Positions 25,526 through 33,641 of a DNA stretch of 64,000 nt are shown here, piece after piece. The notes below the pieces were generated by a model. That model saw nothing but the letters and a program-made list of their open reading frames with translations. It was not told the DNA's origin and made no database searches. The position numbers were made by a program, and so were the translations under genes. Each line of letters opens with the position of its first letter. Position 1 is the first letter of the stretch. Source of the stretch: a virus; IMG/VR virus record IMGVR_UViG_3300013125_000002; one strand, 5' to 3'.

Positions 25526-28132
25526 TTATGCAGCCTCCAACACTGGCAATTGCAGATAAATATCGTTGAGCTGGAAGTTGATCCCAACCACTGGGAAGAC
25601 TTGTACCCGAATGGTCGCGATGTCTCCACTGATCTTGACTCTCAGGTTGTAGAAAGCATGGAGAATCTGACCACTGACTTCGTCCAAGCTGTCCACAATG
25701 ATGCTCTCTGTGCGGCACCTCTCGAGGAACTCCGCAGCACAGTCCTTGATCGCAGTCACGTTCGCTGGCTTGGCCTTGCGTCCTGTGAATCGATCTTCCA
25801 AGTACTTGCGAAGGCCATACGAAACGTAGCGAACCACGTCTCGCACACTGCCTTCTGCATAGGCCAAGTTGTCATCAACGATGTAGGTAGTGAGATCACG
25901 AACGAACCGGTAGCCCTTGCCCTCATTGCTCTCGGCGAAGAGCACACCGTTTTCGATCATCTTGTTGGCATCGGTGACTTCAACAGGGTCCCATCCCGAA
26001 TCCTGTTCGAGGCTGATCGCGTTGATGTACTTGTGGGTGAGTGGCTCCCCAACCTCATCCATGCCCGACCGCATGCCAGCAGCGACAACTGCCAACGACC
26101 ACTCGTCGAAGACAGTCAAGTCTCCGTCCACATTCAGAGCCTGCACACGCTGACCGCAGAGCTGAACATCGGGGTTGTTGAAGGCATTGGCTTGAGCAAC
26201 GATCTGAGCAATCGTGCCCTTCATGCCCATGTACCCACCACGTTCACTCTTGCCAGCTCCATTGCAGTAATCCACATGAGCTGCCAGTTGTGCTGCTACC
26301 GAAGCGAATGTGGCTGTGGAACCATACCCCTCAGAGCTGAGGTCTTGGCAGATCAGAGGAACCACGTGGTTCACTCGGGTCTGAGCCAGCTTGTCGAGAC
26401 CATCCTGCCAGTTGGTGTTGCTGCTGATGCCTCTCGTTCCCCCTGCGAGATACTTGAAGGTGTCACCAATGGTGCCTGGCACACCCGTTCCGAGACCGGT
26501 ATATTCTGGCTTTCCGCTGCCAGTTCCCGCACCACCACTCGTGCAACGGGTCACCGTCACATACTCATTGCGGTTGTTGATGTCGTCGAGAATGATCTGT
26601 GCATCCCGGCGGAAATGGTTCACCCATTTCGTCTGTGGGTCAGTCGGTGGGTAAGCAGGGGTTGACTCAGCAGTGCGCTCCTGGCGCAGCTCAACAGCTG
26701 TCGAACCTGCATCGAAGTCGAAGCTGGTCATCAAGATCGCACTGTTCACCCCATTCGGGACGTAGGCCCGATAGTTGGGGTTGGCATTGATCGTATTGAC
26801 CAGATCCAAGATCGATGTTCTTGGGGTGAAGGTGATGTCAAGATCAGTTGCAGCCAGGCCACCATTCACTGCCACACTCGTCTGGAACTTGGTGGCCTTG
26901 CCTGCCGATCCAGTCACAGTTCCAGTTGCTGTGGTCACATACCGCAGCTGATAGACCGAAGTTGCATCGGGCTGAGTCGTCCAGTTCTTGCTGACCGTGA
27001 CAACCGAATTCACAGCTGCTGTATTGGCTGTGATGATCCTTCTCTGGCCAGCACCAGTGCCACTGGTGATCGCCACAACCAAGCCGATAAGCTCGTTGAC
27101 AGCGAAGTTGCGAGAGTTTGCACCTACGGCTGCTAGTGTGATCGTAGCAGCTGCCCCCGCAGTGGCAGTTCCAGTGGCAACCATGCCTCTCAGAACCGAA
27201 TACGTCAGAGCTCCACCAGGAGCGCCTTGCCAGGCTCCAACATTGATCTTGGTTTCAGTGTTGCTATCGATCTTGCGGAGGTTCTTCGATGCCCAAACAC
27301 CATCCGTCGCCTCAACGAAATAGCCCTTGAGGGCATCCACACCCCAAGCCTTGCCAGCATCGGTCAGAGACGTTCCGTCTTGTGCAGTCGAAGTTCCGCT
27401 GTCCACAACCACCTGTTGTGACTGGCCGACGTACTCGACATCAAGGAACGAAGTAGAACCAAGATCGTCACTGAACTGGTTCTTCGATCCAAAGATCGTT
27501 GTCCAGGACGAACCAGCTGTGCTGCCCTTTTCGAACTCTTGCTTCACCCAGTTCCCTTGAGTCCCGTACTTCTTGGACTTGAAAAGGAACTGAGGTGCCA
27601 AGATCTGTACAGTAGTCCCAATCAAAGGAGCTGCTGTAAACGCAGGAGAGACTGTCACACTTGCCGCTCCATTGGCAGTGATTGAGCGCTCTTCAGTTCC
27701 GATACGGAGGGTGTTACCAACATGGACACTGGCAACCAGTCCTCCCGTGGTCAGGTTGATCACAGTATCGGTCGAACCAGCAGCCGCTGTGTCCTGAACC
27801 TGCCGAGCCAGCATTGTGAGGGATGCTTGCGTGCCCTGGTTGACACGTACTGCCTTGACCCGAAAGGCACCACCAGGCACACGTGGGTCCTTGCTGGGGT
27901 CGAAAGCAAGACCTACTGCGTCTGCTAGAGGCCCACCCTGAAGCTGGGTCTTGGCAAGAGCAGGGTCGTCGATGGTGATGATGACTCCTGGCTGGCCATC
28001 CTCTGCCTCACCGACAAGGCCCACAATCGCATTGCTGAGCAGGCCAATCTGGGCAAGGGCATCAGCATTGACCCTGGTGATCCCACCGGGCCGGAACATG
28101 GTCTGACCGTTGAACGTCACTGAACGAGACAT
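25526..28132 (-). CDS. Contractile tail sheath protein with inserted domains
   Basis: 868 aa. FNGQTMFRPG...VGLVGEAEDGQPG N-terminus. GEPLTHK, GYRFVRDLTTY and C-terminal PVVGINF are sheath motifs. Confidence 0.92.
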   Translation of the reverse strand: MSRSVTFNGQTMFRPGGITRVNADALAQIGLLSNAIVGLVGEAEDGQPGVIITIDDPALAKTQLQGGPLADAVGLAFDPSKDPRVPGGAFRVKAVRVNQGTQASLTMLARQVQDTAAAGSTDTVINLTTGGLVASVHVGNTLRIGTEERSITANGAASVTVSPAFTAAPLIGTTVQILAPQFLFKSKKYGTQGNWVKQEFEKGSTAGSSWTTIFGSKNQFSDDLGSTSFLDVEYVGQSQQVVVDSGTSTAQDGTSLTDAGKAWGVDALKGYFVEATDGVWASKNLRKIDSNTETKINVGAWQGAPGGALTYSVLRGMVATGTATAGAAATITLAAVGANSRNFAVNELIGLVVAITSGTGAGQRRIITANTAAVNSVVTVSKNWTTQPDATSVYQLRYVTTATGTVTGSAGKATKFQTSVAVNGGLAATDLDITFTPRTSILDLVNTINANPNYRAYVPNGVNSAILMTSFDFDAGSTAVELRQERTAESTPAYPPTDPQTKWVNHFRRDAQIILDDINNRNEYVTVTRCTSGGAGTGSGKPEYTGLGTGVPGTIGDTFKYLAGGTRGISSNTNWQDGLDKLAQTRVNHVVPLICQDLSSEGYGSTATFASVAAQLAAHVDYCNGAGKSERGGYMGMKGTIAQIVAQANAFNNPDVQLCGQRVQALNVDGDLTVFDEWSLAVVAAGMRSGMDEVGEPLTHKYINAISLEQDSGWDPVEVTDANKMIENGVLFAESNEGKGYRFVRDLTTYIVDDNLAYAEGSVRDVVRYVSYGLRKYLEDRFTGRKAKPANVTAIKDCAAEFLERCRTESIIVDSLDEVSGQILHAFYNLRVKISGDIATIRVQVFPVVGINFQLNDIYLQLPVLEAA

Positions 28133-28141
28133 GATGCCCTC

Positions 28142-28420
28142 CTAGTACTTTTTGAAGATCTCGTCCCACTCTGTCATCGTGCGTGGGATCGAGGTATCGG
28201 TGAACGCCACCATTCCTGCCTTCCACCGTTCTTTGTACCCCTTTGCTGCGAACCATCGATCAAAGGGGAAAACTGGGGCAGGTGCCACCGCCAGTTCCAT
28301 GACCGTGGAGGATGGAGGAAGAGTCATCTTTGGCATCTCCTCAGGAGGGAGAACCTTCTTGATGGTCTCCTTCGCCGGCTCAACAGGAGCCGTTTTCTTT
28401 GTCGAGTCAGCTTTCGTCAT
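28142..28420 (-). CDS. Small conserved pre-sheath protein
   Basis: ATG 28420 with a GGAG RBS. C-terminal FDRWF...TMTEWDEIFKKY. Confidence 0.6.
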   Translation of the reverse strand: MTKADSTKKTAPVEPAKETIKKVLPPEEMPKMTLPPSSTVMELAVAPAPVFPFDRWFAAKGYKERWKAGMVAFTDTSIPRTMTEWDEIFKKY

Positions 28421-28430
28421 CACGTTCTCC

Positions 28431-29471
28431 CTACGATACGAGGTCAATGATTGTGCTCAAACCAACAGACTCAAGACCATTGGGATCACCAACAGGATCT
28501 TGGGTTGACACCACCACTTGCAGCTGACTTGCTGCAGGCTCCTCGTTCGGAACAATCACATCGAACGAATAGTCAAACTCCAACGACATGATCCTCTGAA
28601 AGCAGTTGGCAGGAAGGAACTCTGCTCTTGGGACAAAATCCGTCCCAGAGATCTGGAGGTTCATCACTCCCTGTTTGATAAGGAACTGATCTTCCATGAA
28701 CAACATCGCCTTCACGGCCGAGTACAAACAAACCGTCAAGATCGATGCTGGACTCAGAACCATCAGATGATAGGACGCTTTATACAATGATCCTCTACGC
28801 TCAAGAGAATCACTGGTCGTGAAAAGCTTGGATGGCTCTCCCAAAACACTGTCACCGTCATTGGGGCCAACCAGTTTCACTACGGAAGAGGTGTTTGGTG
28901 TCGTGTCCCAGTTGGGTGCAACCGTCAAGAGCACCCCTGTAGATCTTGGTTCAATACTGATCACTTGACGTTCTTGACCCGCTCCCGTCCCCTCCAAGAC
29001 GACAATGGTTGTGTCTTCTTCAAACGGATCAAAGATACGGAAAGTCCCAGCTGGCAGATACACATAGTTCGCACCTGCCTCAATGACGGTTGTTGGCTGC
29101 AACTGCAGCGCTCTTCCAAGACCTGTTGGTGACGCCGAACCTGCACCAAGAACAGTGGCACTGCCGGATAGTTCATCAGCAGGAAAGGGCTCACCCATGG
29201 TCTTGATGCCCAGCTCATCCTGCATAAGGTTCCCGAGGAAGGCCTGGCTCTCATTCTCATTCTTCATGAGCAAAACGAGAGCAGGCAACTTCAGATCTTG
29301 TTCTGGGTAGTTGATACTGAAGTCCACCGTGTCATTTCGGAAGAACTTCCGAAGAGCCTCGAGATCCCTCTGATGAAGGTTATGGAACAACGTGTCCACG
29401 TATCTCTGATCTTCGCGGAAACGACGGAACCCACGCACTACGGCTTGTTGAATGATGAACTCAGGGGTCAT
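28431..29471 (-). CDS. Tail terminator/completion protein
   Basis: INYPEQDLKLPALVLLMKNENESQAFLG and FQRIMSLEFDY motifs. Lies before the sheath. Confidence 0.65.
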   Translation of the reverse strand: MTPEFIIQQAVVRGFRRFREDQRYVDTLFHNLHQRDLEALRKFFRNDTVDFSINYPEQDLKLPALVLLMKNENESQAFLGNLMQDELGIKTMGEPFPADELSGSATVLGAGSASPTGLGRALQLQPTTVIEAGANYVYLPAGTFRIFDPFEEDTTIVVLEGTGAGQERQVISIEPRSTGVLLTVAPNWDTTPNTSSVVKLVGPNDGDSVLGEPSKLFTTSDSLERRGSLYKASYHLMVLSPASILTVCLYSAVKAMLFMEDQFLIKQGVMNLQISGTDFVPRAEFLPANCFQRIMSLEFDYSFDVIVPNEEPAASQLQVVVSTQDPVGDPNGLESVGLSTIIDLVS

Positions 29472-30067
29472 AGCTGAATCCCATTCAGAAGATGCCCGAA
29501 CATCTTCTCAGCTTCTTCCTCGATGTACTGCTTCACATGCTCTCGGATCGGTTTGTCAAGACCACCTCCTCCGGCTGGTTTGAAACCAGGGTGTGTCCAG
29601 GTCTTCGAAGAAGATGGGCTCACCCGTCGGAAGTAAGACGGTCTGCTCTGCTCCTTCGCATCTCCAGTCCGAAAGGGAACGTCCACGAAGGGAGCCCCAA
29701 GCTTCTTTCCACCAGGGCTACCCTTGTGGTGCTGTGACCACTGGCGAGCTGCTGCACTGTCGAGAAGAGCTTGCTTCACGCTGTAAGACTCGACACCAAC
29801 CTCAATAGCAGTTACCAACCAGTTGATCTTTTCATCTGGGTGGTGCAACACAATGTCTATCTGATCTTCAGACACAACGTGTGTCTTGATTGCAGACTGG
29901 TACTGCCGGCGAGTCCGATGAAGCCTACGTCCAGCTTCATCTTGCCACTCGCCCATGGCAGCATTGGCCAACTGGCGCAGCGCCCTGAACAAGGTCTGCT
30001 GAATCTTGTCTGCCAAGTTGTCAAGATCGATCTTTTCATCGATCTTCAGGGAGAGTGCCAGACTCAT
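29468..30067 (-). CDS. Neck/tail completion protein
   Basis: LHRTRRQYQSAI...IEVG...VPFR...FRRVS...WTHPG. Lies in the neck module. Confidence 0.6.
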   Translation of the reverse strand: MSLALSLKIDEKIDLDNLADKIQQTLFRALRQLANAAMGEWQDEAGRRLHRTRRQYQSAIKTHVVSEDQIDIVLHHPDEKINWLVTAIEVGVESYSVKQALLDSAAARQWSQHHKGSPGGKKLGAPFVDVPFRTGDAKEQSRPSYFRRVSPSSSKTWTHPGFKPAGGGGLDKPIREHVKQYIEEEAEKMFGHLLNGIQL

Positions 30068-30852
30068 ACCTTGATCCTATCGGAGAATGGCATCTTGTCA
30101 TTCGACCGAGGTCTTGGATCTTCATTCACAATAGCTACATGCCGCTTTCGAAGAGCCGCCCTTGCTCCTAGATCACGCCCCCTATCCACTCGAACATCAG
30201 GTGGAAGGAACACAATCCATTCAAGAAAAGCGTTGTACTTGATCACGTAACGCTTCCCTTTAGCAGGGGCTGGTCCTACCCATTTGATGATCTTGCTGCT
30301 GTCCAATTGGAACGCAGAGTTCTCATATACTTGACCGTCTTCATCCTCACACCAGATCGAGCTTTCGGCGTTATACCAAAGTCGATCTTCGTTATCCTCC
30401 AATCGAGTCTGCTTTGCTTCACTTTCTCCATCAGTTCCGGCACCACGGACAACAACCTGCCCATCAGCAAGAGGAACTGCTTTGGTGAAAGTGATCAAAT
30501 CGCCGCCTGAGATCTGGTAATCCGGAACGACGGACATGATGCAGTCCCCAGGCATAGCCCACCCAGATTCCACTCTCTCTTTCCCGCGTCGAATGCTGGT
30601 GATAAGAGCTGTGATCCTCTGCGGGTTACGATAGATGTAACCATCACCTCTACAGATCGGGCAGCTTATGGTGGTGGACCTCCTTGGGACGATGCCTCCC
30701 TTCTCCATCATGCCTGCATAGGTGTCCTCGAGATTGCAGATGCACTTCATTCCCGTCTCGTGGATCAAGTCTTCACCACGGTTGGTGATCAGTGCCTCTT
30801 GACCAGAAAAGTTCCAGTCAATTCCGAGACCTATGTTACGTCCGCGTGGCAT
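30064..30852 (-). CDS. Neck/head closure protein
   Basis: CIC...CPICRGDGYIY motif, as in SPO1/Twort-like neck proteins. Confidence 0.65.
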   Translation of the reverse strand: MPRGRNIGLGIDWNFSGQEALITNRGEDLIHETGMKCICNLEDTYAGMMEKGGIVPRRSTTISCPICRGDGYIYRNPQRITALITSIRRGKERVESGWAMPGDCIMSVVPDYQISGGDLITFTKAVPLADGQVVVRGAGTDGESEAKQTRLEDNEDRLWYNAESSIWCEDEDGQVYENSAFQLDSSKIIKWVGPAPAKGKRYVIKYNAFLEWIVFLPPDVRVDRGRDLGARAALRKRHVAIVNEDPRPRSNDKMPFSDRIKV

Positions 30853-30859
30853 TTGCCCG

Positions 30860-30888
30860 ATTGTAGCCTGGTTCTAGAAACCTGTCGA
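30860..30888 (-). promoter_or_regulatory. Sigma70-type promoter TCGACA-17-TACAAT with spacer motif TTCTAGAACCAG; probably leaderless transcript
   Basis: Fills the 36-nt intergenic gap. ATG 30852 lies 7 nt after the -10 and has no SD. Confidence 0.65.
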
Positions 30889-32292
30889 TCACAACACAAC
30901 CATGTTGAGACCCCGGTACCTTCCTCGAAGATACTTGATCTCCTTATCGATGAACTTCTTGTAATCCTCAATGGTTGCGCTGTAGATACCGTAGATCGCC
31001 GAAGCTGTGTAGCTCACAGACTCACTGACCCCATCCCGGCTGATGCTTTGGCTACTGAACCCACCACGGTAGGCATGCCCAGCCACTGTGAGAGCGTCAC
31101 AGGCAGCTTTCTTCGCCAGAATCTCATAGACCACTGGGTCAAGATTCTTCATCCCTGCCGTCACGTTGAAGTTCCAGAACCCAGGTAGCTCCATAGACCC
31201 CTGCAAACTGCCAACCCAGATCAATCCAATGAAGCTGAAAGCTGTCATCGTATTGAAGGGCACTAGTTGCACGAGGCCATTCTTCTCACTAATCTGGACC
31301 CAAGTAGGATCAACATTCACTACTCTTGTGTTCCCTATGTGCCCAAAGAGATTGTTGACCCGCAGAAGGCCCGGGTAAGGAAAAAGGATGTCGATCCACT
31401 TCGCAGCCGTGGATGGGTAGAACGTGATGCCTGGAACAATGAAGTCCCAGTCTTCGGCAGGGCTTGCACTGAGATCAGCAGGTGTCACAAGCACAGTGGG
31501 TTCCAGAAACACTGACACCTTGTCGTTTTCCCACCAATCGCAAGCTTGATTGACCCAGTTGCGGAGCATCTGGTCAGTCATCTGATCCTTTTCGATCAGA
31601 AGTTCGTCTGTCTGGCTACTGGTGGGCAGAGCACGAGTGCTTCGAACGCGAATGATGATGTAGCTCGTCCCACTACCACCGCACTTCAAGAGGTACTGCC
31701 CTGGGGCTGTGATCGAAACCAACGACCCACCACCCCATGAGATCTGACGCAGAACTGGCGAAGTGGTCTCATAGATATAGGTCAATGGAAAGAACTGCAT
31801 CGGATGATTCGCGCTGACTGACACCACCTCCACTCCAGTGATGTTCTTTGGCTGAAACTTTGGCATCCGAACGTCATTGGCCGAAATGTCCAGCCCCCAG
31901 AGGTAGCTCTTCCGAAGACCCTGAGCCGTTACGACGCTAATCGGAAAGTCTGCTGTGGTTGCTACTACTGCAGGAGCTGACACAGAAGCCAGTCGCAGGA
32001 AGTAGTAGCCCCTTCGGATCAGGCTGAGTTGATTCGCATCTAGAATCTCTGCTAATTTGATCAGCTCAGTGCCAGTTGCAGGGTCAGTGACACCAGAGAT
32101 CGTGATGTCCTTTTGATAGACCACCACATCTCTATCCCGACGTGCTTTCCGCAACTGAAGGCGCAGCACCTGTCCCGACATGTTGCCACCACCTGCAGCT
32201 GACCATTCTGCAGTAATGGTATTCCTGTCGATCTCGAACTTGCTGTACTCATCGAGATCAATTACCAAACTCAATGTGGTCGGGGCTGCCAT
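30889..32292 (-). CDS. Head-tail adaptor/neck protein
   Basis: C-terminal GFSSQSISRDGVSESVSYTASAIYGIYSATIEDY...LRGRYRG is typical of myovirus adaptors. Confidence 0.7.
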   Translation of the reverse strand: MAAPTTLSLVIDLDEYSKFEIDRNTITAEWSAAGGGNMSGQVLRLQLRKARRDRDVVVYQKDITISGVTDPATGTELIKLAEILDANQLSLIRRGYYFLRLASVSAPAVVATTADFPISVVTAQGLRKSYLWGLDISANDVRMPKFQPKNITGVEVVSVSANHPMQFFPLTYIYETTSPVLRQISWGGGSLVSITAPGQYLLKCGGSGTSYIIIRVRSTRALPTSSQTDELLIEKDQMTDQMLRNWVNQACDWWENDKVSVFLEPTVLVTPADLSASPAEDWDFIVPGITFYPSTAAKWIDILFPYPGLLRVNNLFGHIGNTRVVNVDPTWVQISEKNGLVQLVPFNTMTAFSFIGLIWVGSLQGSMELPGFWNFNVTAGMKNLDPVVYEILAKKAACDALTVAGHAYRGGFSSQSISRDGVSESVSYTASAIYGIYSATIEDYKKFIDKEIKYLRGRYRGLNMVVL

Positions 32293-32303
32293 TTCTCACC
32301 TGC

Positions 32304-32921
32304 CTATGGGATCTCGAAGAGCTTGCTTGTGGCACTTGCAGGGACCGTCAGTGTTCTACGGTAATTCACTGCAGAGATGACAACGTCCACAACTGCACCC
32401 TGTGCGATCTCAAGAACAAAGAAGCCATTCTGATCCGACTTTGCACTAATGAGACCTGACCCAATCCCACCACGGTTTGGAGTTGTTCCCACCAATGCAG
32501 GGGCTGACAACACACGAGCACTAATAGATTCATTCACCAGGGCCTGACCATTGAGATCAACTAAGTACCCAGTGAGTGCATTCATCCCCAAGGTCACCGT
32601 AGCTGGGATGACAGCTGCTTTCCCAAGATACGGATTGATCGCTGGAGCGGGCAGAGTCCCACCACTGACAAGGTACAAAAGTGTCCCTGGGGTGTTCAGC
32701 TCTGCTGCCGAAAAAGCGATCTCATAGTAACCACCCCCGTTCTCACGGAAGTCAGTCACCAAGATTGACTTGGACCCGAAATCTCGATCTGAAGCCTTCT
32801 TATAGGTGACTGTGATTTGGTCGAACGTGATCCCAGCTCGTGCCGCACCATCAGTGGCATTCACTGCCTTGAAAGGAAGCCAAGCTAGGACAGCCTGTTG
32901 AACTGGGATGTACGTATTCAT
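32304..32921 (-). CDS. Putative virion structural protein (beta-sandwich domains)
   Basis: 205 aa with an AGGAG RBS. GYYEIAFSAAELNT and SDQNGFFVL motifs. Confidence 0.5.
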   Translation of the reverse strand: MNTYIPVQQAVLAWLPFKAVNATDGAARAGITFDQITVTYKKASDRDFGSKSILVTDFRENGGGYYEIAFSAAELNTPGTLLYLVSGGTLPAPAINPYLGKAAVIPATVTLGMNALTGYLVDLNGQALVNESISARVLSAPALVGTTPNRGGIGSGLISAKSDQNGFFVLEIAQGAVVDVVISAVNYRRTLTVPASATSKLFEIP

Positions 32922-32929
32922 AGTCTCTC

Positions 32930-33469
32930 CTACTGGCCAGCGTCCGGCTTATTCAGTGCCTTCATCTGCCGGAGAAGCTCCTGCATTACCTGCACAGTGA
33001 CCTTCTGGCTTTCCTTGCTCGCTGCGTAGACCTGCTCGGTACGGTTGGCGAATTGGTGCAGAAAGATCAAAGCCGCTGTTAGCAGAGCAAGAAGTGACGC
33101 AACAGCTGTAATGTTCTTACTCTGCTCCACAACCCTTTCCCACAAGCTCTTCTTCAATGGCTTCGTCTCCGCAGAAGGGATTTTGGTCTTCTTTGTGACC
33201 TCGCTGACTGCTTCCTCAGCTGCCTCAGCAGCGGCATCCGCAGCAGCAGCTGTTGACTGCTCGATGCGCGCAAAAAACTGGCGGCGCAACACATTCATGT
33301 TCTTGTCGCAGTCTTCTCGCTTTACCAGTTGCGAGACATGTTGGGTTAGTGTGTCGAGCTTGTCACTTTGAGCAGTCAGTTGCTTGTCTACACCCTTTAC
33401 CGCTTCGGTCAGCCCACCCACTTGGCCAACAAGTGTTAGCAGTACATTGTCTCTCTCAGTCGGTGGCAT
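32930..33469 (-). CDS. Coiled-coil membrane protein (possible holin/antiholin-like)
   Basis: N-terminal heptads and one TM segment ITAVASLLALLTAALIFL. GGAGG RBS. Confidence 0.55.
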   Translation of the reverse strand: MPPTERDNVLLTLVGQVGGLTEAVKGVDKQLTAQSDKLDTLTQHVSQLVKREDCDKNMNVLRRQFFARIEQSTAAAADAAAEAAEEAVSEVTKKTKIPSAETKPLKKSLWERVVEQSKNITAVASLLALLTAALIFLHQFANRTEQVYAASKESQKVTVQVMQELLRQMKALNKPDAGQ

Positions 33470-33641
33470 CTTGTCCTCCCCTTACTGGCGGATCATCTTC
33501 GTCAACCTGGAGAGGAAGACGGTTGATCTTAGGAACTCCCAAGCCAAAATGAAATCGTCCTGGTACGTCAAATACATCCCGTTCGAGTTCAGGTCGAATT
33601 CGAAGCAGGGTAACTTCTGAAGCTGGAAGAGTGGTTGGCAT
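33456..33641 (-). CDS. Small hypothetical protein
   Basis: 61 aa, starting immediately after the 33642 stop and overlapping the next gene's start by 14 nt. Confidence 0.5.
   Translation of the reverse strand: MPTTLPASEVTLLRIRPELERDVFDVPGRFHFGLGVPKINRLPLQVDEDDPPVRGGQDATD

Noticed and set aside
24808-25555. Group I intron in the sheath gene (joining ...tat to ctc cag... would give the same protein, with U before and G at the end of the removed segment)
   Set aside because: Only ~65 nt upstream and ~8 nt downstream of the HNH ORF are non-coding, no P7-type core is recognisable, and the unspliced gene is already complete.
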